Assembly (NCBI GenBank): GCA_021613535.1
Contig: CP075493.1
Location: forward strand, 10,354,001 to 10,418,000
From: Adineta vaga
Lineage: Eukaryota > Animalia > Rotifera
Reading direction: 5' to 3'
DNA length: 64,000 nt
The notes under the pieces are model-generated. The model saw only the letters and a program-made list of their open reading frames with translations. It searched no databases and had not been told where the DNA came from. Every line of letters starts with the position of its first letter. Position 1 is the first letter of the stretch. Shown piece after piece: positions 13,528-26,455 of this stretch. The translations under genes and the position numbers were made by a program.

Positions 13528-14784
13528 TCATGCTTGTGAATCTCGTAAATATTTCTCATCATATCTATTGTTATGATGATGTACATGTCGAGGTCTTGAT
13601 CGACGTTGAGGTGAACGTCCTTCTCGTTTTTCGTCATGTTGTTGTCTTGAAGGTCGTATTGATTGTTTTTGTGCGCTAAATGCTTCTGCAAGTGTAAGAG
13701 CAAATCGATGTGCATGTTCTTTCGATTGAAATAAGAATGCATAACATTCCGTTAATGTTTCATTCGTTGTTGTACGATCTGGAGAGGCGACTTTTACTTG
13801 ACGTAAAACGATACAGGTAGCGATTTTCGAATATTTAATATCATGCATAACATAGGAAATATTTTCAAGAGGAACTAAACCATGATGATGTCGTTCAGGA
13901 CTATGATTACGTGAATGATGCTGATGTTTATTACGTGTAGGAGAATGTCGATGTGTTAAAGTAAAACCACGATAATTAACGCATGCTTCTAATGTTGGAA
14001 GTTCGTTCATCGAAGGAAGTTGACGAGCTGCACGAACCATATCATCAATAGGAGTTCGTACAACTTTGGAACCCCATAGTTGCGTACATGGTGTTCGACC
14101 GAGATATTTGACGAGAAAATATTGCGGTAATGTTAGTTTTACTTGTGATGATGAATTTGGTATTGTTTCTTGTGGTTTAGATTTTATTCGAATTGCATCG
14201 GATGTGAATGGTGAAGTCATATCTTTATTATCACTGGTATGAAATAGATTTAAATTCGTAAAATCGTGATGTAGATTTTCTCGACTATCTGTCGGAGAAA
14301 AATAATGATGATGATGATGATGATTTGATGTAGGAGCAGATCCGTGATTATGTCGTGGTAGATAAGGTGGAGTATCGGATGGAGTCGATGAATGATGACT
14401 AGATTCACGTGTTGCTTGATAACGAAAATATGGTATAAGATTTCGATTTTCAATTTCTGAAATCGTTTCAACAGATTGAAGTTGATTATTGTGTTGCGTT
14501 TGTTCTAAAGATTGACATCCGAAATAATCTTGATTTGTCGTTTGATCTTGAAACGCATTTTCGAATTCCACATAAAACTAAATCCAAAAGTAAAGCATAG
14601 ACTTGTCAATCAAAGTCTCAAATAACTGTTTTCTTACTGCCTTCTGTTGATCTTGTTCATTTGATCTTCGAGCTACACGTGGATCTGTATAGGTATGTGT
14701 ATGATTTGGTGCAGGTAAAATAGAAGCATAATGAAGTTGTTGTTGATGACGATGATGACGATAGTGATCGTCGCGGCGTGCCAT
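13528..14784 (-). CDS. PTB/PID-domain adaptor protein with His-rich low-complexity flanks, 2 exons
   Basis: YFLVKYLGRTPC...LENISYVMHDIKYSKIATCIV...ECYAFLFQSKEHAHRFALTLAEAF is a PTB-fold pattern. A phase-0 intron at ~14636-14578 joins the two ORF-track ORFs. Confidence 0.75.
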
Positions 14785-16866
14785 ATATCAGGTTTTTGCA
14801 CTTATGAAATCGTATGCTAAATAAATAGAATCGAATCTAAGAGTATAGATCGTCGATTTCTTAACCAAAAAAAGCTGAAGTATTATGTTTAATTTTGTCA
14901 TACATGAAAATAAAAATTTCTCATTTAGTATTGTACCCATATAAGAAAACATCACAATGCTCGCTGATCGAGTGTTTTGATCACTTAAAAAAGCAAGTTT
15001 TGTTTTTCTTCATCAATTCAAATTATACTCTGTCGGTAGTTTCGTAACTACTCTAATAACGTCATTTTCTCAATGAAAAACAAATTCCTTCTTCGTTTGC
15101 TGTCCATTATTTATCATACCTTTATGAATATTTCGTAATTAATCATCGATTCAATTGTGTAGAGGCGGATGTACATGTTTTAAAGTAGTTTGTCACATAT
15201 AGTCAATTAAAAAAAAGCGAAAGAAGAGAAAAAAAGACGAGATTTATTTTTTTCTTCGAGTACGAAATCAAGTACAATATTCTCTTCCGTTCTGTACGGT
15301 GTTGTTGTTAAGCGTTGACAATAGACCAATGTAAAGAGGAAGGGAAAAAAGTTTTCAAACAGCGAACGAAAAAGAAACTGATTTGTGTAGGTGAAAATAT
15401 ATGGCAACTGCATGATTCTGTATTGTTATTTTACATAAGCATGTTATTCGATAAATAATTCTTTAACGTACAGGTAAAATCTACTATTAACGAATATTAA
15501 GTAAGCTAATCGAAGAACTTGTCTTTGGCAAAATGAAAAATTGATTTTTAATCAGATTGCACCTTTCGCCTGAATGTCATGGAGACAATATGAATCGAAG
15601 TCATATTTTATTGCGAATAATGTACTTTTTAGAACCTACTGTCTTAGTATTGAGATTTTAAATTTTATTAGTAAATGTTTTTGAAAGTCGATGGATGTTG
15701 ATTGGACGTCTTGTTGTGTGTTTACTTGTAGATTTGAATAAAACAAGTATAATATGTCTATTCATATGAAATGTACAGATTTTGTTATTATTCAATGGAA
15801 TGTAATCGCTATATACTGTATTCGAACGTATATGGATCAATACTATACAGACAGGCACATGTGAAGTGAATTAAACATAATCGAACTTAGTTAGTTCAAG
15901 CGAACATTTCATTTTGTAGACAATTCATGATTCAAAATGGATTTCATTACAAATATTGATAGATGAAGTTCTCATTATCTGTGAAAGAATGTAAAATATC
16001 TTCATATTATAGATTGCTTTAGCAATTTAATAAATAATATATACATAAATATTTACTAGACGATACCGATTATTTCATGCTTGATGAATACATAAGAACT
16101 ACAGCACGTGATATATGTATGTATATGATTTTTCAATGAATATTATCACATGACCGTGTACAGTTTAAGTAAATCAAATTTCTCTTTATTCAACAAAGGT
16201 TATTATAATTGAATGAAATACAATCTGAACAAAAATATTAAAAAAGAAATTTCACAGTTTCAAGAAAATAATGTTCTACTTTCTAAAGTGTGAAAATAAA
16301 GAAGTATGATAGGCATTGTTCACTACATTTTATATTTTTATAGAAATTAATTTTTCTCAATGGATCGAAAATGAAAATCTACGCATTTTCACGTAGAAAT
16401 ATTAGACATATGTCATGATTATCATCATTTCTCAATCATACTTCAAAAGAGTATATGCAGTCAATATTGCTTTCCTTTGTTATAAATAATTACATGTCAG
16501 TGCTTATCACTGGTACAAGCCTGACATATTTTGCATTTTCGGAACATCACCTACGATCTCTTAAAATCTATGAAGTGTATTATACGCTTTTAAATAGTCA
16601 TTGAAAAGAATTCTTCGATCGGATGATAATTACATTCACTTATATATATCATAACAAAAGAGAATTTTTTTAATTTTAAAACAACTATTGACACAATATG
16701 ATAAAAGATTCAAAGTGTAAATATGTTTATGGTCATTGATAAAAATAGACTTGAAATGAAAAATTCTAATGAATATTTCAAGTACGCGTTTTGCTCATTT
16801 ATAATATTGTTGCAATACTTTGTCTGTCATTCATTGAGTATCTACCTTCCATTTCACATACTTATA

Positions 16867-18352
16867 ATGAAAGTTGTCTATATCGTATATTTAATACAAT
16901 TCTTTTTGGAATATGCTGATTTAGTTTCAGCAACATCTTCACCATTACGAGAGGCTCTATTCTCTATTATATCAAATAGTGTTTATATTCAACAGTCTCC
17001 ATCAGGATTTCTGACTAATGTGACTCTCAATGCATCAGGAAATACAATCAGATGTGGTCAAGAATGTCTAAAATATGAAACATGTTTAAGTGCAAACTAT
17101 TATATAGATTTACAAATCTGTTCGTTATTTAATGAGAAAAGTACGAATGGACAAATGTTCAACATAACAAATCCCAAATGTACATTATTGACGGTAATAA
17201 ATCGGAAACCAGCGAGTAAGTAACCATCATCACTAAATTCAATTAAATGGACGATTTTGAATAATTTCAAAACGACTTTTCCTAGGTTCAGTGTGTATTC
17301 TATCTTCTCAAGCAACTTGGTCGATAAATTCCACGACAATTTTCGGTAATCCTGATGGTTCGTCTGGTTCGAGTTTATCAAAACTCAATTACCCAGCAGC
17401 TATGTATTATGATAAATCAAATAGAACACTACTTGTTGGTGATCAGTTCAATTATCGTGTACTTAAATTTTCTCTTGATAATCCATTATCAAATGGCATA
17501 ATCGTCGCTGGTGGCAACGGTTATGGATGCAATCTTAATCAAATGATCGGTGTTAGAGGTGTAGCCCTTGATAGTTCTCATCAAATGTACGTAACAGACG
17601 AAACATGTTATCGAGTTCTTAGATTTCCACCTAATTCAAATTCATCAACCTTCGGTACAATTATAGCTAATATGACTTCACCACAAGGATTATTTATTGA
17701 TCCACTCACTGATGATATATATGTGGCTGATAGTGCAGATAATTTAGTAGTTAAGATTATTAGCAATAGTTTAGTCAAAGTGGTTATAGCTGGTATGTTG
17801 GAATTTTGTTTAAAAATATGTTTTATAATTCTCATTTCTTGTAATATAGGTGACAATGGTTTGGGATCTAATTTGAATCAATTTGGTAGTGCAAATTGGG
17901 TTTATTTCGATTCTGTACATACAAATTCATTGTATGTTACGGATGTTGATAATCATCGTATACTAAAATTTCCAGCAAATTCAAACAGTGCCACATATGG
18001 TGTTATTGTCGCTGGTAATGGTTCCAGTGGAAGTGCTTCAAATCAATTAAACTATCCCAGAGGTATCACCTTGGATGAAAATGGAAATCTCTACATAGCT
18101 GATTCAGGTATGGATGGAATGATGAGGAAGAGGGATAGTGATCTCATTTTTTTCTTTCGGTATTTTTTAGTAAATGGACGAATTCAACGTTGGTTACCAA
18201 ATGCAACTAGTGGTGAGACAGTAGTTGGCGGTTTATGGGGAACACCAGCTTACATATCTAGTCATCAAGTTCTTTTTGATGAAAATTTTAACATATTAGC
18301 ACTTGATATCTATAACAACCGAATTCAATTTTTTAATCTTACTGTATGCTAG
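16867..18352 (+). CDS. Secreted PAN/Apple-domain + NHL-repeat beta-propeller protein
   Basis: Signal-like MKVVYIVYLIQFFL; PAN-like CGQECLKYETCLSANYYIDLQICSLF; NHL repeats (LNYPRGITLDENGNLYIADS, LYVTDVDNHRILKF). Introns at ~17216-17286, 17793-17849 and 18108-18170. Confidence 0.85.
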
Positions 18353-18734
18353 CCTATATCAAGTGAATGCTCATGTTAATATTAAAATTTCGAAATAAAC
18401 TTACATTTTCTGATTTTATTCAAGGCAATAAAATTAATTGAAAAGGCAAATCAAAACTAGTTTTCATTTTCAAATTGTCTAACGGATATTTAAGAGTTAT
18501 ACTAACTGTTCAAATATGTAAATCAATGCGTATGATTATTTCAAATCTGGAAGCAACTAAATTTCAATAGGTATACAGAGCCATCTATAGGAGCTAGTTG
18601 ATTACACAATGCATTTACATTCGTCCTTTTTTCCGTTGTATATAAATATTCATCATGTTGATCTTTTCTTTTTTCTTCTGATTTTCGAAGACATCTGCAA
18701 AAATACGACGTTTAATTATCGATTAACTTCTCTA

Positions 18735-20090
18735 ATGGTAGATAAAATCAATGACGAAGATGATATTGAAATGTTTGATAGTGAATCTTCAATATCAATA
18801 GAAACCAATGTACTCAGTAAGATAAAAGAACCAGATGTTATTTCCAAAGCAAAACATACACCTTGGCTTGAAAAATATCGTCCAACGAAACTTGATGACA
18901 CTGTGGGAAATGAAGAAGTTCTTTCACGTCTTGTTCATTTTGCTCGACAAGGCAATTTACCAAATATTATTCTTTCAGGTCCACCTGGTTGTGGCAAAGT
19001 AAATGCAGAACAATTTTTTTATATATCAATATATTTTGTTTTTCTTTTCGTTAGACAACCAGTGTTCTTTGTCTCGCTAGACAAATGTTAGGTGATGCTT
19101 TTCGTGAAGCTGTTCTCGAAATGAATGCTTCAAATGATCGTGGAATTGATGTTGTACGTACAAAAATCAAGATGTTCGCACAATCAAAAGTTTCTTTACC
19201 TACAGGACGACATAAGATTATTATTTTGGATGAAGCTGATAGGTATTAAAAATAAACAAGAATGATATTTGAAAATCTAAAATTCGTAGTTAATTTAGTA
19301 TGACAGAAGGTGCACAACAAGCATTACGTCGAACAATGGAATTATATTCGAAAACAACACGATTTGCTTTGGCATGTAATGCATCTGATAAAATCATTGG
19401 TATGTTTTATTATTTATAAACAATATGATAAAACTATGTTTGTTTTTTTTCAGAACCAATTCAATCTCGATGTGCAATGTTACGATATTCTAAATTAAAT
19501 GATGAACAAATACTCAAACGTCTTACTGAAATTGCAAGAAATGAAGATGTTTCGTATACATCAGAAGGTTTTGAAGCGATTATCTTTACTGCACAAGGTG
19601 ATATGCGACAGGCGATTAATAACCTTCAATCGACTGTATTTGGTTTTGGTCATGTAAATAGTGAAAATGTTTTTAAAGTATGTGATGAACCTCATCCAAT
19701 TTTAATCCGTGATATGATTGACAAATGTCTTGAAAGTAATTTGGAAGAAGCGTATAAAATCATGAATCATCTTTGGAGATTAGGTTTGTTGATTTTACAT
19801 AATTTCTTTTTATTCGTTATATTATCTCTAATTCGAAAAGGTTATACTGCTGAAGATATTCTTTCTGTGATAATGCGTGTGACAAAAACGCATACGATTG
19901 ATGAATTTATGCAATTAGAATTTATTCGAGTATGAATAAATATGTCTTTTAATAAAATTCTTGACGTTTTATCTTTCGATAGGAAATTGGTCTAACATAT
20001 ATGCGTGTTAGTCAAGGTGTTGAATCACAATTACAATTATCTTCGCTACTTGCACGATTGTGTCAATGTGCAAGTTCGAAATCTTCGTAG
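18735..20090 (+). CDS. RFC2: Replication factor C subunit 2 (40 kDa), multi-exon
   Basis: [22 protein letters not shown] (Walker A), [57 protein letters not shown]. Confidence 0.95.
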
Positions 20091-20190
20091 TCAGATTTGA
20101 TAGTTTTATAAATTTTATTATAATAATAAAGAAATGCGTTTTTTCTTTCGGTGTATTTGTAACTTATTCAAATGTCTTTTTCAGATAGTT

Positions 20191-21473
20191 ATGGATTTAC
20201 CATCCAATAGAGATAAAGGAAATTATTGGTCACAACGACCAGATATGAATCCAACATCGAAAACTCACATTAAAGTATGTTGAGAAAATGGATATCTATT
20301 GTATTTCATTTTATTTTAGTTGAATATTGATCAACAAAATCCATCTCAATTTGTTGAAAGTAAATAATCATTTATCTACTAACTAATTATTTGAAATATC
20401 TACTTAGATGCTCAATTTTATACAGATAATAATTCATTAAAACGTAATCTATCTATAGCAGATCAACGTCTTTCACCTTTGAAGAAACGTCCATTTTCTG
20501 AGCAAACTGCTCTACCTGTTCAAACTGGTTTGTTCTTCGTTTTCATTGAATTTGATTACAAAACCATTGATATATAGTAGATGACGATGACGATGATGAT
20601 GATGATAATGATAATGATGAAGAAGATTCTAATACAGGAACTGTTTCTTCAAAAACAAATAATGGACCAAAACGTGATGATAATCGAAGACGAGCAGCTC
20701 ATACCGCTGCTGAACAAAAACGTCGCAATGCAATTCGTGTAAGTACATTTAATATTCACTGTTTTTCTTACAAAATTTATATTACTTGTTCAATTCTTTT
20801 TCTATATTAGAAAGGATATGACGCTTTGCAAAGTCTTGTGCCAAATAGTCATCTACTTGATCCAATCAGTTCACAGAAAGTTAGTAAAGCAGCAATATTA
20901 AAACGATGTAAGTTGATAAAATTTGTTAGATTAAATAAAATATCGTTTTTTTTTCTTCTATTAGCCACGGATTATCTTGCACAATTGAATAAAGAAACAC
21001 AACAATTAAGTAGTCAATTAGAAGCAAAGAAAACTGAAACTATCTGTTTACGTGTTCTTCAAAAGTAAATTTAAATCAAGTATTTTTATTGTATTGTTAT
21101 TTTCTTTTTGAAATAGAGCTTATGAAGATATTCTGGAAATGAATATGAAATCAAATAAAAATGCTGGAGCTTCTATTGATGATGAACAGAAATTTAAAGT
21201 GGTAAGTCCTTTTTTTTCTCATAGAAATAAATGTGTAGTTTTGTTTCTTAGTTTCAAAGTATTAGTGATGCATTATTCGTTACTTTCGATCAAGCAATGG
21301 AATCAGGACAAGTAACGAATTTTCCTCAATTCACATCGATTATTATTCGTTGGATTGAAGATTCTTGTCGACCAACGGTAATAAACTTGATTAACTTATT
21401 CAAATGAAAACAAGATTTCTTCTAGGATATTAACGATATAATTCATCGTATTATTGGCAATTCAAAATCATGA
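20191..21473 (+). CDS. MLX: Max-like protein X (bHLH-ZIP + C-terminal DCD domain), multi-exon
   Basis: RRRAAHTAAEQKRRNAIRKGYDALQSLVP...SQKVSKAAILKR; C-terminal DEQKFKVFQSISDALF...WIEDSCRP matches the Mlx DCD pattern. Confidence 0.88.
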
Positions 21474-21691
21474 TGAACTCCGTTCTTCTTTTCTTTCCTG
21501 TATAGTATTTGTATTTATTTTTGTAAATATTTGATGTGGTATGTTTCTTTTTTATCATCTTGCCGTTAAATTTTATATTTTATATGAATATATATCGTAG
21601 AGAAAGTTCATGAACAGCAATCGATTGTTAATATTGTGTTCTTCTATATAAGCAAAAGAGAAGAAAAAACTACATAGGATCTACTGTCTGT

Positions 21692-22409
21692 TTAATGATA
21701 TTTTGTAATAGTAATCAATGGTGGTTTACACAAGGGTGTTAGACAAAGGGCATCGTACGATCGATTTTCTATTGATTCATCGGCAAGCATGACACCTGGT
21801 ACTGATGTTGAACGTGATCGACGAAATTTCGATAAGAATGAAGGCGTTGGTTGAGCAGGTGGTGTTTGAAGAGAACTATTACTAGTAATTTGATTTAATT
21901 CATCAAGTTCTCGATGTTTACTTTTTTGTTTACGTTTTTCATTTTTTAAATCAATGACAAGTTGTGAAACGTATGATAAACGTTTCGATTCAGCGGAATG
22001 GAAATCTTTTGAACGATATTCATATTCTTTATCACCGTAATAAATTCGCCAATATTTTTGACGTAATTCTTCATTTGATAGAATATCTGAAGAAGAAGAA
22101 GAAGAAAAAACAGTTGATTCTTTCGATTCGAAGGTGTTCTTTACTTAAAATATCCATTTGACTGGAATGATGTGTCTTTGTAGTTCTACTATTTCGATAA
22201 ACATTCCGTTTCTTTTCATGATAATGATCATCGGGATCGAAACTTAATATCAATAAACAAAACAATGAAAGTGAATAGAACAATATTACAACAGTTGTAT
22301 AGATTATTTCACCGTTACGATCATAATTATCCAGAACTAGATTTTCATTAATCATCGTATTATTGATAATCATGATAATGTTGATATTGCAATATAAAAG
22401 GCCATTCAT
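21692..22409 (-). CDS. Uncharacterised single-pass membrane protein, 2 exons
   Basis: TM segment EIIYTTVVILFYSLSLFCLLILSF. A phase-1 intron (~22144-22088) joins an open exon 2 (ILSNEELRQKYWRIYYG...ITKYH*). Start codon uncertain (several ATGs). Confidence 0.6.
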
Positions 22410-23074
22410 AAATATTTAACATGTAAATGAAAGAATGAGAGAAGAAATCGAAGGAGAAAATGTTTGAGTTTATTCGATTCAATAACTTAATAAGACGAAA
22501 GTCTAATATAAACTATTCTTTTCAAGGTAAATACTGAATGAATAGAATATATAAGTCTATACATGAGTTGAGAAGCATTTGAAATGTATGATGGAAAAAA
22601 AACATTGACAAATAAGAGAATATATCTTGTTTTTTACCTTGAGTATTGATTATCTTTATAAACATGAAATACATATTTCTGATTAGAAAAAAAATGAATG
22701 ATCACGTGACACTTGGTACGGATATGATCGTATTCAACAGAAATCTTATTGAAAACGACGCATAACACTTGACTTGTGGAACTCATGACATAAATGAATA
22801 TGTCGTCGAATTACTTATCTTTCTTCAAATGTCACGTAATCTTCAAGTACGAATGTAATAGACTAAAAAGAATATCGTTAAGTATTCAATTTACTATAAA
22901 TGAATGTCCTAAAACAATTATGCTATGATCATACAGATTTATTTTGCTTCCTCATTATATAAAATGAAAAGAGAGAAATTTTATTCTGGTTTTTTACTCG
23001 TCAAATGAATGAATGAATGAATGAATGAATATATATATATATACTAAACAACAATAAAATCCTTTTGTTTATAA

Positions 23075-24394
23075 TTAACATTCATTAATTGTTGTGGTCT
23101 TTGCATGATGTTCTTGTGCTTTAGCACGAAGTCTTGCAATACTTTGACTTCTCATTGATTCGGTTATTTGAATAGGTGATTTTCTTGAATGTGTACTACT
23201 ACAATCATCATCATCATCGTCATCATCATGAGCATTTTCATCATCGTCTTTGACCATATTTTTCAATTGTTCAGCAGCTTCTAAAGATTTTCGATGCATT
23301 CCAAGAAGCCATGGTGCACATGATGCATCGACACCATTTTTAGCAGATTTAACGATTGTATCTGGTAATGGTAATGAATGACGAACCATTGCACCATAGA
23401 GTCCATATTCAGCCATAACTGTAGCTTTGCCCCATGTTTTTTCTGTTTTACGCCACTAGATAAAAAATAATCAATGAAATAGATACAAATGAGAATATCA
23501 CTATTGATCTTACTTTCGCTCGACGATTTTGAAACCAAACCTAGAATTAAATGATATCAATTATACTAAAAATCGATTACATATGCTTGAATAATATTCT
23601 TCTGAATGCATAGAAAACAAAATGCTCATTAAAACAAGGTTAAAGACATCAAGCTGAGCGATTATTTATCCTAGTGATGTAGAATAATAAATATGGAAAA
23701 TGATGTGCATATTAGAGAATAGAAACACAGACAGATCTTAATTATGAAAAGATTTCTATTATTTATTGATAATTATCTACAAACCTGTATACGATCTTCG
23801 GGAAGATCTGTTTTCGCCGAAAGAACTTCTCTGGCAAAGACATCAGGATAATGAGCATCTTTGAAAGCTTTTTCCAATTCATCAACCTGATGACTAGTAA
23901 AAATCGTTCTATTAATGAATAGAAAAAAAACAAATTACATAACACATAGGAAAAGATTTACCGATGTCGACGTTTACATTTTTTCTTCTTACTACTACTA
24001 CCACCTTCATTGGCATTCGATTTTTCATCATTTCCATGACTATCGCGATCTAAAATGATCAAATAAATAAATCTATTGTCAATCAACAAAATTTCATTCT
24101 ACCTATATTGTCTTGTATTGAATCTAATGTTGTATTTGTATTTGTTGGTGAAAATTGTGGAAAAAAATTCGTTTGTGAAGGATGATGAGTTGGTATAACA
24201 TCTCGATTGACAAAAATGCCTGTTGAATGTTGGTAGGATGGAAATAAAGTTGATCTCGATAAATAAGCTCGATACGCTTGTTGGTCTGCATATGCTCGTG
24301 CTGCTCCTAAATCCGATGATGTTAATCCAAGTAATTCTTGAATAGCAAATGTTGTTGTACGAGAATTTTGTTGAGGATAATGAGCTAAATTCAT
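23075..24394 (-). CDS. VSX: Visual system homeobox (Vsx/Chx10/ceh-10), 5 exons
   Basis: eh1 motif FAIQELLGL; homeodomain ([31 protein letters not shown]...[15 protein letters not shown]); CVC domain [18 protein letters not shown]...CAPWLLGMH; OAR motif [15 protein letters not shown]. Confidence 0.95.
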
Positions 24395-25541
24395 GATTAG
24401 GTTGTTAACATCGATGTATCCAAATGCGAGAAACTAATTTATCAATAATTAAACGATGAAAAGGATTACTTAGAATTTCTTTTCTCGACGAACATTTTCT
24501 TTTCCGAAATACTAACTAAGCCAATCGTACGAGAGAGGAAGAAAGAAAAAATTGGCTCAACAAGCGTGATATTTCCATTAATGGGCCAATCAAAATAAAG
24601 AAAAGGAAGGCATTCCTTTTTATACTTGTAAGAAAAGAGAAAAAGAGAGTAACCTTTCCTTCATCAATGGTTTAGCTCAAATTTCCAATTTAGACAACAG
24701 GCTATAATAAACAATTGATTGACTTTAAGAAAGAAAATGGAATATTGTCATCATTAGATTAATATACAAAATATATGCATGTTTTTTATACCTTTCAATC
24801 ATATAATTATATATTGACGAAATCTTTTCCTCTTACGATTATCTCACTTTCTCGACATTCATCAACGACACTTAATCAATTAACAAAGCTAATTTTCTAT
24901 TTGATGCAAAACACTTGTATGTATACTATGCATGAATGAATCGATTGGAAGAAAAGACTACTGTATGTAGTTAGATCCATACTTGAAAAAGATGAAAGAT
25001 AATCATGAACATCATTCAGGCATAAATCAATCAACATCGTTCTCCATATGATCATGTTCAAGAATGATTTCTTTTTTTTGACCATTAATTGTTCTATTTA
25101 GACAAGTGTCGACGGTATAATATTCGCATGTTGTCCTTCCCACCCATTGCTTATCACAATAGTAGACATGGTACAAACAAAACAAAAAATGAATCGTTTA
25201 TGTAGTTTAATTCTTCTGTCCTCTATTTTTTGACAGTAGATCAAGTACCGCCCTGATCTTATTGGAAAAGACAAAGCACTTAACACAACTGATCGATTTT
25301 GTGACATATTTGCGTGCAAACCATGTTCGACATTCGATTATGATCAACTATAATCTCTCGAGAGAAACAACAGTCTAATCAGATTTTTTTCTTCTCCTTG
25401 TTCTGCATATAGAGAATGAAATGAACAAGTAATTAATTTTCCCGAATATGTTGTTTTATACCGTTTTATTATCGTTACTAGTTCTATGAATGTATTAAAA
25501 AGGAAAAGAAATCAATTGCTTGTAAAACATGTAACTGTGTC

Positions 25542-26234
25542 TTATTCATCTTGAATATCACCGAGAAATGCTACGCCTTCAATTTCAACTTTAGCATTCT
25601 GAAAATAGAAAAACAAAACCGAAGAAGAATAGAATGATTTCATAAAATGACAATGATAATTACGCGTGGAAGAGCAGCGACTTGAACAGTCGAACGAGCA
25701 GGGTGACGCTCGGCAAAAACTAAAAATAGAAGATATGAGCCTTGAAAGAGCGATGCTAAAGTAGATATTCAAACCTTCAGAATAGACTTCATTCATTGCA
25801 GCAAAATCATTCATATCTTGGAGAAAGACATTGGTTTTGACAACTAAAATAGATCATCACTATGACAAAGATCCGTTTTATTATTTATTAGACTAACTTA
25901 CCATTTTTATAAGAAGCACCTGCAGCTTTAAGAACTTCGCCAAGATTATTTAAGGCCTTAAAATAGATCTCTATCATCCATTCTCTCTTTATCTATGAAG
26001 ATTTACCTGACGTGTTTGTTCTTGAATTGTTTCTCCAGCAAATTTACCTGTTTTAGGATCAAGTCCAATCGATCCGCTTAGATACAATGTTTGACCAATA
26101 ACAACACCTTGACTATAGAGAAACTATTTCAAAATCATCAGATCAACATTTTCTATTTACCTATATGGTCCACCAACTGGTCCAGCTGCAGATGTTGAAA
26201 TGATACGACGAACTAATTTAGTTGAATCCGACAT
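25542..26234 (-). CDS. RIDA: RidA/YjgF/UK114 2-iminobutanoate deaminase, multi-exon
   Basis: [67 protein letters not shown]. Confidence 0.92.
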
Positions 26235-26455
26235 ATGTAGATGTAATGTAAGATAAAAATCAACAAGAATCTGAAAGCATGCAATATAAAAAAAGTCTGT
26301 TAGATTTATAAAAGAAGAGATAAGAATTCAAGATATGATGATACGGCAGGAAAAAAAATGAAAAAACTATATTTGCATAGTGACAAATTGATAATAAGGA
26401 AAGAAATGGATTCTCATTTAAAAATAAAAAACATCAAGCCAAATTGTTACAAAAA

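Noticed and set aside
24400-24900. Homeodomain autoregulatory sites upstream of Vsx (TAATCAATTA, CCAAT boxes)
   Set aside because: Such motifs are expected by chance in very AT-rich DNA; they cannot be supported without conservation data.
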